From an uncultured Methanomassiliicoccales archaeon (GTDB taxonomy: Archaea; Thermoplasmatota; Thermoplasmata; Methanomassiliicoccales; Methanomethylophilaceae), in contig CAYIZM010000001.1 in assembly GCA_964368015.1 (NCBI GenBank), positions 1 through 53,861 on the forward strand: 53,861 nucleotides of DNA, read 5' to 3'. A model generated the notes under the pieces. That model was not told the origin of the DNA and did no database searches. It saw only the letters and a program-made list of their open reading frames with translations. Shown here piece after piece: positions 1 through 10,009 of the stretch (position 1 is the stretch's first letter; each line of letters begins with the position of its first letter). The position numbers and the translations under genes were made by a program.

Positions 1-80
1 AGTTCGGCATATTATATTTGATTGTATCAGGAATAGTATTTTTCATTCTTGCAGCCATAATGATGCGGAAGAGCGGATGA
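1..80 (+). CDS. 3' end of a CDS truncated by the window edge; hydrophobic C-terminal segment, product unknown
   Basis: The frame starting at nt 3 is open from the window edge. It reads FGILYLIVSGIVFFILAAIMMRKSG before TGA at 78-80. Only the TM-like composition is visible. Confidence 0.3.
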   Translation, partial: FGILYLIVSGIVFFILAAIMMRKSG

Positions 81-114
81 ATACCGTTTTAACTATATCC
101 TTGTATGATTAATT

Positions 115-759
115 GTGAAATACAAACTTGTTTGCTTTGATATGGATGGTACGTTGACCAAAGTGAGAAGCTCCTGGGGATGGGTACACGATTACTACGA
201 AGTAGATAATGAAGAATCATACGACCTGTTCTGCGCTGGTCTTATTGACGAACCAGAGTTCATGCGCAGAGACATAGCTATGTGGACCGAGAAGGACCCG
301 AACATAACTATCGATGATGTTGCCCGTACTTTCAAACACATGCCTCTTACCGACGGGATACAGGAGACCGTAGCTGCACTGGATTTCGAAGGGATAAAAA
401 GTGTGATAGTCAGCGGCGGCATCGACTCAGCAGCTAAGATGATTACCGAGGAATTCGGTTTTGAAGATTATCTTGCAGATTCTTTAGAAGCATATGAAGA
501 TGGGAAGCTCACCGGCGAAGGAATTATGAACGTAGATCTTCGCGACAAAGGCATCAGCGTCAGGGAATTCCAAAAGAAATATCACGTGGATAAAGAACAT
601 ACTGTATCCGTCGGTAACTCATTTGTTGACATAGGCATGTTCAAAAGCAGTGCTTTGTCGATAGCATTCAATCCCATCGATGACCAGGTCATAGAAGCGG
701 CGGATGCCGTGGTACGCTCAGAAAACCTTGCAGATATATTGGATAGGATCTTCGAATGA
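115..759 (+). CDS. HAD-superfamily hydrolase, phosphoserine-phosphatase-like
   Basis: GTG start. HAD motif I DxDGT sits at the N-terminus (CFDMDGTL), followed by VSGG and a GNSFVD motif IV-like segment. TGA stop. Confidence 0.7.
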   Translation: MKYKLVCFDMDGTLTKVRSSWGWVHDYYEVDNEESYDLFCAGLIDEPEFMRRDIAMWTEKDPNITIDDVARTFKHMPLTDGIQETVAALDFEGIKSVIVSGGIDSAAKMITEEFGFEDYLADSLEAYEDGKLTGEGIMNVDLRDKGISVREFQKKYHVDKEHTVSVGNSFVDIGMFKSSALSIAFNPIDDQVIEAADAVVRSENLADILDRIFE

Positions 760-760
760 T

Positions 761-1399
761 TCATTCATCATCGAAGTCTATCACATCATACTGTTTTCTG
801 CGTATCTTACCGTAAACACGGGTTATATTCTCGGCCTCCACTGTGCCATGTTTGATCAGACGGTCCTTTGTCTTGATCGCATGAACGTAGCAGTCGAAGT
901 CTTCGAATGGAATGGTCATGCCTATCGTGAAAATATCTTCCGGTTCGGCCTCGACGGCAACGGATAGAGTGCGGTGATTATCGTTAACAGAAATCTTAAC
1001 GATGAGTACACCGAACTGTTTTACCCAAAGACATTTGATGTTGGTGGCTAGAACCCGACGAGTGGTTTTACCAGCTATTACTTCGATATTTGTAACGCGA
1101 ACACGTACACCACTTTCCAAAAAGAACTCATCGTCCTTCTCGACGACCTCGTTACTTTTGAGCACTGTTTCCGTAACGGTAGTTACGTCACCGTCGCTGA
1201 AGATCACCTTTATAGGAACGTCTCCGGGAAGACGTATCGTTGTTGTCGATATCGTTCCGCAATAGTTACATTTGAAAGTACCAGAAACGGTCGTTTTTCC
1301 GAACCTACCTTTCAGTATCTCGTGCTCCGTGAAATCGTCACACTTAGCGCATTCGAATATTATCTCTTCAGGGAGTTCTTCATCGTTCATGATCTTCAC
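761..1399 (-). CDS. Archaeal zinc-finger protein (COG1326 / HVO_0476-like family)
   Basis: Two CxxC pairs lie near the N-terminus (ECAKCDD, CNYCG), followed by a beta-rich body. The start is either GTG at 1399 (overlapping the upstream stop) or ATG at 1390. Confidence 0.55.
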   Translation of the reverse strand: MKIMNDEELPEEIIFECAKCDDFTEHEILKGRFGKTTVSGTFKCNYCGTISTTTIRLPGDVPIKVIFSDGDVTTVTETVLKSNEVVEKDDEFFLESGVRVRVTNIEVIAGKTTRRVLATNIKCLWVKQFGVLIVKISVNDNHRTLSVAVEAEPEDIFTIGMTIPFEDFDCYVHAIKTKDRLIKHGTVEAENITRVYGKIRRKQYDVIDFDDE

Positions 1400-2004
1400 A
1401 TACGTGCCATAAACGGATTACCATGTCCGGGTATGACTACATCTGCGTATCCCTTTATCATTTTAATACTTTGTAAGGCTAGATCTTTGTCATAATTGGT
1501 TGCCGGGGGTACCATACGCCTAAAATTGTTCTCCGTGGGTATCGCATCACCTGCTATCACATACTTACGTTCGGACTTGATGAATACGCTCATAGAACCC
1601 TTTGTATGCCCCGGAGTATGCATTAAACGAATATTTGGCATAAGTTGGAACTTCACATCGGATACTACTGTGGCATCGGCAATTTGCGTATCCTCGCCCT
1701 CATGTACGTATACGGTCGCATTAGGGAACATGCTCAGATTCTCTATGTGATCACGATGGGTATGTGTCAGAACAACGCAAGTTACCTCTTTTGGATATAT
1801 TCCTATCTGCTTGAAGGATTTTTTTATAACTGGCCTTAAAAATATTGTACTGGGATCTACGACAATGTTTTCGTTCTCGGTCCTTATAAGAGTAGATGTC
1901 GCATCAGCTTTCGTAACGTTTCCGTCACTGTCTTTCTCTAGAATGCCTGCGACCAAGAGATCTATTCTGATCATAGACCTGTATTCGTAATTGATGCTAA
2001 ACAC
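1396..2004 (-). CDS. Metallo-beta-lactamase fold hydrolase
   Basis: HxHxDH motif (THTHRDH), a later HTPGHT and a C-terminal PGHG. GTG start. Confidence 0.75.
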   Translation of the reverse strand: MFSINYEYRSMIRIDLLVAGILEKDSDGNVTKADATSTLIRTENENIVVDPSTIFLRPVIKKSFKQIGIYPKEVTCVVLTHTHRDHIENLSMFPNATVYVHEGEDTQIADATVVSDVKFQLMPNIRLMHTPGHTKGSMSVFIKSERKYVIAGDAIPTENNFRRMVPPATNYDKDLALQSIKMIKGYADVVIPGHGNPFMARM

Positions 2005-2038
2005 TTTCCGTTTGTTTTATTATTAACTTCGATGATGC

Positions 2039-2620
2039 ATGTTCATGGAATATGACCCAGACATTTCTATAATGGATGACGACAACGTGTATCCTCCGTC
2101 TGAGGATAGCATATTCCTCATTGAATGTCTTAACGTAGTGCCAGGCGAGTCTATTCTTGAGATAGGATGCGGTTCCGGAGTGGTTTCTTTACACTGCGCG
2201 AAAATGGGCGCTAAAGTTACGGCTGGAGATATAAATCCTGTAGCAGTAGAACTTACAAGGAAAAATGCTAAGTTGAACGATCTGAATATAAATGTTATTT
2301 TAACGAACGTATATGATTCGATATCTGGTACCTTCGATACCATAGTTTTCAATCTGCCCTATCTGCCTGTGGACGATGATGTGTCTCTTGCTGAAGCCTG
2401 GTCCGGAGGAGAGGACGGCCTTGGACCGTTACCAAGACTTCTCGAAGGGACTGAAAAACATGGGAACGATGGATGGAGGGTCGTAGTTGTAGTATCATCG
2501 CTTATGAACGATGAGAAACTAAGATCACTACTTCTTCCATACAGCGTAAAAGTTCTAGGGGAACTCCCTCTGTTTTTTGAAAAGCTTAGCGTATTGCAGA
2601 TCTCAGCCGATCAGCTTTGA
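2039..2620 (+). CDS. HemK/Mtq2-related SAM-dependent methyltransferase
   Basis: SAM motif I is ILEIGCGSG. An NPPY-type motif reads FNLPYLP. The size and layout match archaeal HemK-related N5-glutamine methyltransferases. Confidence 0.65.
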   Translation: MFMEYDPDISIMDDDNVYPPSEDSIFLIECLNVVPGESILEIGCGSGVVSLHCAKMGAKVTAGDINPVAVELTRKNAKLNDLNINVILTNVYDSISGTFDTIVFNLPYLPVDDDVSLAEAWSGGEDGLGPLPRLLEGTEKHGNDGWRVVVVVSSLMNDEKLRSLLLPYSVKVLGELPLFFEKLSVLQISADQL

Positions 2621-4468
2621 TATCTCTTCTTCGAGTATCCTGTTAGCCTCTTTACCATCTACCTTTCCTCTGAGTGCACCCATCACTGGGCCCATAAGAG
2701 GTCCGATGGCGTCCATGCCTTTACTACGAACAAAATCTTCACGACCTTTGACTATAGCTGAAATGATCTTGACTGCTTCGTCTGTGTCAACAGACTCAAG
2801 TCCAAGCTTTACTGCTGCTTTTGAAGGCTCGGTCCCTTTGGAAACCTCGCGTATTATATCTGGTAGTGCCTCTTTGGCGAATTTATTATGTGCCAGCATA
2901 TCAAATATATTGATCATTGAATCCTGAGATATTTCCGTTGTTACGACGCCTTCGCGTTCTAATTCACTATAAGTGTTGGTCAATGTAGTGGCAACCACTG
3001 ATGAGAGAGAACGATAAGTGCCAGCAAGCTTAACGAAGAGGTCATCATTGCTCTCACGGAGCATCTGATGGGCTTGTTGAGCGTTGATGCCGTATTGTTC
3101 CACAAGTCTTTTTTCTATCTCCTCGGGAAACTCAGGCATAGAATTACGGATCTCAGTAAGCTTTTCTTTAGTAACAAGAGTGGGAGGCACATCGGTCTCA
3201 GGATACATCCTGGCCGCTCCTGGCAAAGGTCTCGAGTATCTAGAAGTCCCGTCCGGTAAAGGGTCCCTAGTTTCTTCTGGAACTCCTTCAAGAGCTTCGT
3301 TTGCACGTTCTATTGTAGCTATTAAAGCAGAACGAGCCGTTTTTTCAGGGGCCGCACAAATTACGAATGCGTCATTGTCATTCGTGATAACAAGGAACGA
3401 CCTCAAAACATCGACGTAAACTTGTTCTATGCCGTAGTTCGGTAGTTCGTCGGAATGGAATATGCCCTTGACCCCGTGGACCCTGGCACGTTGTGCTAAC
3501 TCTGATCCTAATCTTAATTTTCCTGAATCTCCGTTCAAAACCCCTGCGAAACCAGGTAGTTTCACCGCAAGGACTACACCTTTGCTCTTCAGGGCACTAG
3601 AAATTATCTTTGAAGGACAATCTTTGAAGACTTCTGTAACGTCGATCACATCAGAAGATACGGTTTTAATTCCTCTTTCCTTAAGTATATCCTTAACAGC
3701 CAGTAGCATTTTTTGTCTATTGACCTCGGTACGGACAAAATCAGGAAGCATCTTCAGGTCCTGAACTCCCTTTATCTCTATCCGGGCACCGCCAGGAATG
3801 GAGATGTTAAGATCTTCACGTATGGTCCCAATGCCGCGCTTCACCATCTTGGTGGCACGGAACAGTGACCCTAGGCGTAATGCCACCTCCATGACCTCTT
3901 CAGGCGTCCTCATATCAGGACCGGTGGCCACTTCTACTAACGGGAATCCTAAGCGATCTAGTCTGTAAGTTACCTCGTTACCCTTAGTCTCGATCTTACG
4001 TGCTGCGTCTTCCTCTAAACATACGGACAAGATCGATATTTTTTTACCATTGACCTCGACCTCTCCGCCAGTGGACACAAGAGCAGTTCTTTGAAATCCC
4101 CCTGTGTTAGAACCGTCGACCACGATCTTTCTCATGAAATGTATCTCGTCTATCATATCCGCGTTCAACATCGACGAGAACGTAAGAGCCACGTTCATAG
4201 CGTCACTGTTGACTTCATGAGGTGCCTCTTCATCGAGGTCCACGAGACATGAGGATCCGCAACACTGGTATCTGAAACTCATATGTCTTTGATGCTGTGC
4301 CAGTGCTGCACGGTCTATAACGCCCATCTCATTGGCTGTAGGCCTGAGTTTGCGATAGTAATTGCCAAATCCTTCGTCGTGGAGTGTGGTATCACAAGAA
4401 CAGAATAATTTCTTTGTATCTAATTGCTGATGGATCTCAATACCGCACATCATTTCGTAATCTTCCAT
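2603..4468 (-). CDS. gatE: Glutamyl-tRNA(Gln) amidotransferase subunit E
   Basis: The N-terminus MCGIEIHQQLDTKKLFCSC is typical of GatE. Length is 621 aa. The start overlaps the gatD stop (TAATG). Confidence 0.9.
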   Translation of the reverse strand: MEDYEMMCGIEIHQQLDTKKLFCSCDTTLHDEGFGNYYRKLRPTANEMGVIDRAALAQHQRHMSFRYQCCGSSCLVDLDEEAPHEVNSDAMNVALTFSSMLNADMIDEIHFMRKIVVDGSNTGGFQRTALVSTGGEVEVNGKKISILSVCLEEDAARKIETKGNEVTYRLDRLGFPLVEVATGPDMRTPEEVMEVALRLGSLFRATKMVKRGIGTIREDLNISIPGGARIEIKGVQDLKMLPDFVRTEVNRQKMLLAVKDILKERGIKTVSSDVIDVTEVFKDCPSKIISSALKSKGVVLAVKLPGFAGVLNGDSGKLRLGSELAQRARVHGVKGIFHSDELPNYGIEQVYVDVLRSFLVITNDNDAFVICAAPEKTARSALIATIERANEALEGVPEETRDPLPDGTSRYSRPLPGAARMYPETDVPPTLVTKEKLTEIRNSMPEFPEEIEKRLVEQYGINAQQAHQMLRESNDDLFVKLAGTYRSLSSVVATTLTNTYSELEREGVVTTEISQDSMINIFDMLAHNKFAKEALPDIIREVSKGTEPSKAAVKLGLESVDTDEAVKIISAIVKGREDFVRSKGMDAIGPLMGPVMGALRGKVDGKEANRILEEEISKLIG

Positions 4469-5760
4469 TATGCCAGCCTCCTTTTTCCAGTATCTCCAGC
4501 TAATGAAGATTTCATCATCTCGACCGCTTCGTCTTTATTTTTGGAATTAGCGAGTACCCACATAAGTTTGACATAAGCTGTCTCGGGAAGCATGTCCCCT
4601 ACGGGTATCGCCCCAGCAGTAAGCATCTCTCGACCGTTATTGTAAACGTTAAGATTAGTAGTTCCTCCGAGACATTGAGATGTTATTACTACAATAGTTC
4701 CAGCGTCACAGGCCTTCTTGATCAAAGGTATCATACTCTCGTTAACATGACCCAGTCCCGATCCTGCAATGACCACACCTTTGCTTTTAAGGATAATATT
4801 TTCAAAAACTTCAGGATCCATTCCAGGGAAGTATTGAAGGAGCACACATCTTTTTTCCATTTTTATTTTAGCCTCTGTCTTAGCATCGGTGACATTAGGT
4901 CCGTCTATATTGAACTCGATCTTTCCATCGATATCCATATGTGCCACTATAGGCGAATTGATGCTGCGGAAAGAATCGCGACGGGAAGTATGCATTTTTC
5001 TTACCCTGGTACCACAGTGTACGGCAAAAGAATCATCTCCTAAGGTATCGTGCATTAGTACGAACACTCCTGACCTGTTACCGTTAACACAGAACCTGGC
5101 ACATGCCGTAAGATTGCCTATTGCGTCAGTAGAAGGACGATCGGAAGATCTCTGAGCTCCTACTAGAACAACAGGTTTAGAAACTTTATCTAACATGAAT
5201 GACAAAGCTGCAGAGGTGTACCCCATCGTATCCGTACCATGAGGAATAATTATTCCGTCCGCTCCTTTGTTTATCTCCTCTTCGACGACGGAAGCTAACT
5301 CCTGCCAGTGTTCAACATTCATATTCTCTGAGAATATAGAGAACAGAACACGGGCCTCTATGTTAGCAATATCTCTTAGCTCTGGCACAGCGTTAATAAG
5401 TTCTGATGTGGATAATGCAGGTTGTACTCCTCCGGTCCTGTAATCCACATATGAGGCTATTGTTCCGCCGGTACCTATCAAGACCAACTTTTTTAGTCCT
5501 TTCTTCGGTGTATTTACAGTAGGTTCAGTCTTTGTTTTACTGGGGGCCTCGATCAATTTGATAATGGAATCTGATTGTATCCTTACTCCGATATTATAAC
5601 CGCTGCTCAACTTCAGAACAAGTATGTCAGGTGCACTGAGATCGTTATGAGGCATTAGGATGCCTGTGTGAGTGCAACTCTTTGTTTTTACAGAAAGTTT
5701 ACAGCCTTCGTTGGCACCTACGGATGCCAGAAGTTTGGATAGTGACTCGGAATAGCTCAT
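4468..5760 (-). CDS. gatD: Glutamyl-tRNA(Gln) amidotransferase subunit D (asparaginase-like)
   Basis: Asparaginase signatures GTGGTIAS and HGTDTMGYT. It lies immediately upstream of gatE and is translationally coupled to it. Confidence 0.9.
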   Translation of the reverse strand: MSYSESLSKLLASVGANEGCKLSVKTKSCTHTGILMPHNDLSAPDILVLKLSSGYNIGVRIQSDSIIKLIEAPSKTKTEPTVNTPKKGLKKLVLIGTGGTIASYVDYRTGGVQPALSTSELINAVPELRDIANIEARVLFSIFSENMNVEHWQELASVVEEEINKGADGIIIPHGTDTMGYTSAALSFMLDKVSKPVVLVGAQRSSDRPSTDAIGNLTACARFCVNGNRSGVFVLMHDTLGDDSFAVHCGTRVRKMHTSRRDSFRSINSPIVAHMDIDGKIEFNIDGPNVTDAKTEAKIKMEKRCVLLQYFPGMDPEVFENIILKSKGVVIAGSGLGHVNESMIPLIKKACDAGTIVVITSQCLGGTTNLNVYNNGREMLTAGAIPVGDMLPETAYVKLMWVLANSKNKDEAVEMMKSSLAGDTGKRRLA

Positions 5761-5849
5761 TTAAACAGCTCCGTATTATACTCCATCTTTATGATTATTT
5801 GCGCTGTATACGCGGTTAGTATTATTATGAGAAATGATGTTGCTCATTT

Positions 5850-6500
5850 ATGCACTTCATACAGGTTGGCATGGAATTCGATGTACTGAAAGAAAATTCC
5901 AAATTGGCCCACAAGAATTATCGTCTACTTAAGGAGCATAAGATCCAATCCGTAGACTTCATGGGATCTATCGGTTCCGGAAAAACAACGCTTATCATCA
6001 AGTTAGCAGAAAAACTAAGGGATAAAAGCGTAAGAGTATGCGCTATCGCCGGTGACGTCATAGGAGATGATGACTTTGCACGGATGAAAGCGTCTGGCAT
6101 GGACGTAATCAATTGCAACACAGGATCAGAATGTCATCTAGATTCAAATCTTATTGCGAAGGCGTTAGAAAAGGTCGACCTGAATAATTATGACGTGCTA
6201 TTCATAGAGAACGTCGGGAACCTTGTATGTCCTGCGGACTTCCCTCTGGGAACAGATTATAGGGTCGTTGTTATTTCTACCACAGAGGGAGACGACATGG
6301 TCAGAAAGCATCACAGCATATTCCTTCATTCCGATGTAGCTATCTTGAACAAAATAGACATTGCAGACGCAGTAGGCGTTAATCCAGACGTGATATTAGA
6401 AGATTATAGCAAACTAATGGGCGGTCTTAAGTCCATGTATAAATGTAGCGCGAAAAAAGGTCAGGGCTTAGACCAGATCCTTGAAGCATTGAAATTGTGA
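5850..6500 (+). CDS. hypB: Hydrogenase nickel-incorporation GTPase HypB
   Basis: P-loop GSIGSGKTT and the ENVGNLVCPADF motif of the HypB/UreG G3E family, plus NKID. An alternative start exists at ATG 5871 (MEFDVL). Confidence 0.75.
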   Translation: MHFIQVGMEFDVLKENSKLAHKNYRLLKEHKIQSVDFMGSIGSGKTTLIIKLAEKLRDKSVRVCAIAGDVIGDDDFARMKASGMDVINCNTGSECHLDSNLIAKALEKVDLNNYDVLFIENVGNLVCPADFPLGTDYRVVVISTTEGDDMVRKHHSIFLHSDVAILNKIDIADAVGVNPDVILEDYSKLMGGLKSMYKCSAKKGQGLDQILEALKL

Positions 6501-6509
6501 GGTGCATAT

Positions 6510-7832
6510 ATGAGAGTTCTTACTATCGGAGGCGGAGGCAGGGAATGTGCGGCAGTTGAAGCTTTTCACAAAGCAGGCTCAGAAATATATGCTGTTATGA
6601 AGAACGCAAACCCAGGCATAATAAATATGGCCGAACAATTTATTTTTACAGATGAAAGTAACATTCCTACAATACTTGAGTTCGCTAAAAAGTACATTAT
6701 CGAACTTGCATTCATTGGACCAGAATCCCCTTTAAGCAACGGTGTCGTGGACGCATTGGAATCCGCTGGAATACCTTGCGCTTCGCCAAATAAAGCGGCA
6801 GCAAGAATAGAAACATCTAAATTTTTTATGCGAGACCTTGTACAGAGATACAATATCGACGGAAATTTAGGATACGCTGCATTCGATAGTCCTGATGGGA
6901 TAGAGGAATATCTGAAAACTATCGATTACAAGATCGTGGTGAAACCAATTGGCCTCACAGGTGGCAAAGGCGTCAAAGTAGAAGGAGAACATTTGCACAC
7001 TCTGAAGGAGATCATGGAATACGTTAACGAGATCTTTGATCAGAACATTGGAGAAGCTGGCGTCATAATCGAAGAAAGAGCTGACGGCGAAGAATTTACT
7101 CAGATGGTATTTTGTGACGGCGATACGATAGCACCAATGCCTCTTGTTCAAGATCATAAAAGAGCCTATGAAGGAGACGTAGGGCCTAACACAGGAGGCA
7201 TGGGTTCATATTCGGACGCTAACCATCTACTTCCATTTGTTGAAGAGAGTGAGCGTAAGAAAGCCCTAGACATACTGAAGCAGATCGTTAAGGCTATGTC
7301 TGAAGATGGATGCCCTTACCATGGCGTCATGTATGGTCAGTTCATGCTCACCAAGAACGGACCGAAGATCATAGAGATCAACGCTAGATTCGGGGATCCG
7401 GAGGCGATGAACGTTTTACCGATCCTTGAAGATAATTTTGAGAAGATCTGTTGGGATATGGCCAAAGGTAATCTAGCAGAAAATGTTAAATTCGCAAAAA
7501 AAGCAACTGTGTGCAAATACGTAGTACCACTCGGTTACGGTACCATATCCGAACCAGGTCATGAGATAAGGGTGGATGAGGAAGGAATCCATAGAGCAGG
7601 TTCAAAAATATACTACGCTAATGTTGATATCAAGAACAGAAAGATAATAACTGGCACATCTCGTTCTATCGGTATCGTCGGTATTGATGAGACATTAGAA
7701 AAAGCGGATTGGAATTGTGAGACCGCGTTAAGATATGTGATGAGCGATGGAATTACCGTCAGACATGATATCGGTACTCAGGATCTTATTCAACGTAGAG
7801 TGGACCATATGAAAGAGATTCGTGGAGCATGA
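6510..7832 (+). CDS. purD: Phosphoribosylamine-glycine ligase
   Basis: ATP-grasp layout with GGMGSY and EINARFGDPE motifs. An SD (GAGGTG) precedes the ATG. Confidence 0.9.
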   Translation: MRVLTIGGGGRECAAVEAFHKAGSEIYAVMKNANPGIINMAEQFIFTDESNIPTILEFAKKYIIELAFIGPESPLSNGVVDALESAGIPCASPNKAAARIETSKFFMRDLVQRYNIDGNLGYAAFDSPDGIEEYLKTIDYKIVVKPIGLTGGKGVKVEGEHLHTLKEIMEYVNEIFDQNIGEAGVIIEERADGEEFTQMVFCDGDTIAPMPLVQDHKRAYEGDVGPNTGGMGSYSDANHLLPFVEESERKKALDILKQIVKAMSEDGCPYHGVMYGQFMLTKNGPKIIEINARFGDPEAMNVLPILEDNFEKICWDMAKGNLAENVKFAKKATVCKYVVPLGYGTISEPGHEIRVDEEGIHRAGSKIYYANVDIKNRKIITGTSRSIGIVGIDETLEKADWNCETALRYVMSDGITVRHDIGTQDLIQRRVDHMKEIRGA

Positions 7833-8605
7833 CGCGGATAGCAGTTAAGATCGCCTACTTGGGCAATAGTTTTTTTGGATCCCAGCGCCAACCGGGATCA
7901 CGAACAGTAGAACGGGAAATATGTTACAACCTTGAGGCGGTCTGCAATTTGCCTGATGGAGATATAGATCTTAAATTAGCCAGCAGGACCGATAAAGGTG
8001 TTAATGCTCTTGGCAATGTTGCGATATTCAATACAAATTTTGAAGATATCGGAATTCTGTTAAAGGCTCTGAACGCTGTTTCTCGCGGAGTCTATTATCG
8101 CTCATATGCGATAGTGCCAGATGATTTTAACATACGTTATGCGAATTTACGAATGTATCGTTACATCATGCCCTCCGAAGGGATCGATGTTGGAAGAGCG
8201 CAGAGATGTGCATCCCTGTTCCTAGGGGAACATGATTTTGTACGATTTACTAAACCTAATGATAAAATTACTTTAGGGAACATAGTATCAGCAGAAGTTT
8301 GGACCAGTGGAGACTTGTTGATATTGGACTGTAGTGCGGTGTATTTCCTATGGCACCAAGTACGACGCATGATGTCAGCTATCGCAGCTGTTGGTCGCGG
8401 AGATGCAGAGAACGAGGACGTTCTACGAGCTTTAAATGGAGAAGATATAAGCTTCGGCATTGCAAGAGCGGATGCGCTTACGTTAAGAGACGTAGTGTTC
8501 CGAGAAATAGAATTCATTGTGCCAGATCAGACAATGTTCGATAGTCGTATCAAAGAGGAGTTATTCAATAGTAAACTTAGAGAATCATTCTTCACTTCCC
8601 TTTAA
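7829..8605 (+). CDS. truA: tRNA pseudouridine synthase A
   Basis: Catalytic-Asp motif RTDKGVNALGNV. ATGA overlap with the purD stop. Confidence 0.85.
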   Translation: MTRIAVKIAYLGNSFFGSQRQPGSRTVEREICYNLEAVCNLPDGDIDLKLASRTDKGVNALGNVAIFNTNFEDIGILLKALNAVSRGVYYRSYAIVPDDFNIRYANLRMYRYIMPSEGIDVGRAQRCASLFLGEHDFVRFTKPNDKITLGNIVSAEVWTSGDLLILDCSAVYFLWHQVRRMMSAIAAVGRGDAENEDVLRALNGEDISFGIARADALTLRDVVFREIEFIVPDQTMFDSRIKEELFNSKLRESFFTSL

Positions 8606-8630
8606 AAATTCAAGACCGTATACCAGTAAC

Positions 8631-9215
8631 ATGAAGGGGCTTTCAGAATCATTAGTATCAGCAGCGGAACGTTTTGCCAATACTGAAAAACACAGGGAGA
8701 TCGCGATACGATCGTCCAGAGAAATTACAAGAAGTTCTAAAAAGATCATCCATTCCATACACGAGGGGGAACCTGACAAGAAGGAAATGGAAAACATATC
8801 CGAACTTGTAAAGAACTTGGTTTTAGAGATCGATGAAGAACCTTCCCTTCTTTACACAGGACCGGCTTCCGACGCACTTGGAGAATATGCTGAATCTATG
8901 ATCCTGTACGAAGTTCTAAAAAATGGTTCAGTGCCATCTTACAAAGATCTTGGGATCGACGAACGCTCCTGGGCACTGGGTCTTGCAGATATCGTTGGTG
9001 AACTAAGACGCGTGGTACTAAAAGATCTTATGAACGGTAACGTGAAAAAGGCCGTTAACGTCTATGAATTAATGGAAGATGTTACCGACGGAATACTAAT
9101 GTTCGATGTTCCTGACGCGATCGTCCCAATGAGAAGAAAACAGGACATAGCAAGAAGTGTGATGGAACGTACTCGTTCAGATATAGCCACAGCTGTTGTT
9201 ATGTCAAAAAAATAA
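8631..9215 (+). CDS. Translin-family protein (COG2178-like)
   Basis: Helical protein carrying the GLADIVGELRR signature of translin-like proteins. I chose the ATG at 8631, because the longer ORF from 8517 overlaps truA. Confidence 0.55.
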   Translation: MKGLSESLVSAAERFANTEKHREIAIRSSREITRSSKKIIHSIHEGEPDKKEMENISELVKNLVLEIDEEPSLLYTGPASDALGEYAESMILYEVLKNGSVPSYKDLGIDERSWALGLADIVGELRRVVLKDLMNGNVKKAVNVYELMEDVTDGILMFDVPDAIVPMRRKQDIARSVMERTRSDIATAVVMSKK

Positions 9216-9220
9216 ATTTA

Positions 9221-9238
9221 AGTGGGGTTTCCCCCACT
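9221..9238. terminator. Hairpin in the 30-nt gap between convergent genes
   Basis: AGTGGGG-tttc-CCCCACT forms a perfect 7-bp stem. It lies between the stop at 9215 (+) and the stop at 9246 (-). Confidence 0.35.
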
Positions 9239-9245
9239 AAGATCT

Positions 9246-10004
9246 TTAACGTCTTCCCTTAGGCTTACCGTAGTTCTTTACAGGTTTACGAACAATGTAT
9301 ATCAGAACGATTACCAATATTATGAACAGTATTGCGATAACTATTGTAGCCCACTGATACTCGTTGTGACCGATATAGAACTCGCCTTCGCTGAGTACGG
9401 TATTGTCTGCTGTAACTGCCTTGTATGTGTATTTTCCTTGACCTAGAGAGTCCGTAACCCATTCGTAAGTGACTTTCTCTTCTTTACCAGGTGCAAGGTT
9501 CTTCACAGTGGTCTCGCTGCCCTCTACGAGCACGTCATCGACCATGAAACTTACAGCGATAGAACTCGTAATGAGTCCTTCGTTAGTAATATTTGCAGTA
9601 AGGGTTATCGGTACGACGACTTTAACGGATGCTTTACTTGAACCGCTGAAATCTAATCCGTCGATCTTACCTGTATAATCGACTACAAGTCTGTACATAC
9701 CCGCATCTTCAGGTGCTGTGACCTTTAGGGTCTTGACACCGTTAGCGACATATGTTCCAGTGGAAGGAGATACCTTTCCTGCGATCTTATCGCCGTTGGA
9801 GTTCAGCAGATATGCAGTATAATTGATCTTCATATCTGTATAAGCGTCCTCATAATAGAACGGGATCTTATAGTCTATCGAACCTTTGACTTTTACAATG
9901 TAACCGTCTGCTGGCTCCACGTTAAAGTACTCCGCGTTAGACTCGTCAGCTACCGTTACCATGCAGATTCCTGCAACGAATAACAACGAGATTACCCCGA
10001 TCAA
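9246..10004 (-). CDS. Surface-anchored protein with Ig-like and CARDB-like domains, a hydrophobic N-terminus and a C-terminal TM anchor
   Basis: TTG start 5 nt after the stop of the giant upstream ORF. The N-terminus is hydrophobic (IGVISLLFVAGICMV). A CARDB-like segment reads ITLTANITNEG...NLAPGKEEKVTYEW. The C-terminus is a TM helix followed by a basic tail (VRKPVKNYGKPKGRR). Confidence 0.6.
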   Translation of the reverse strand: MIGVISLLFVAGICMVTVADESNAEYFNVEPADGYIVKVKGSIDYKIPFYYEDAYTDMKINYTAYLLNSNGDKIAGKVSPSTGTYVANGVKTLKVTAPEDAGMYRLVVDYTGKIDGLDFSGSSKASVKVVVPITLTANITNEGLITSSIAVSFMVDDVLVEGSETTVKNLAPGKEEKVTYEWVTDSLGQGKYTYKAVTADNTVLSEGEFYIGHNEYQWATIVIAILFIILVIVLIYIVRKPVKNYGKPKGRR

Positions 10005-10009
10005 TGAAA

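Noticed and set aside
704-1265. 87-aa + strand ORFs at 704-967 and 1002-1265
   Set aside because: They are antisense to the Zn-finger protein gene and have no start context or motifs.
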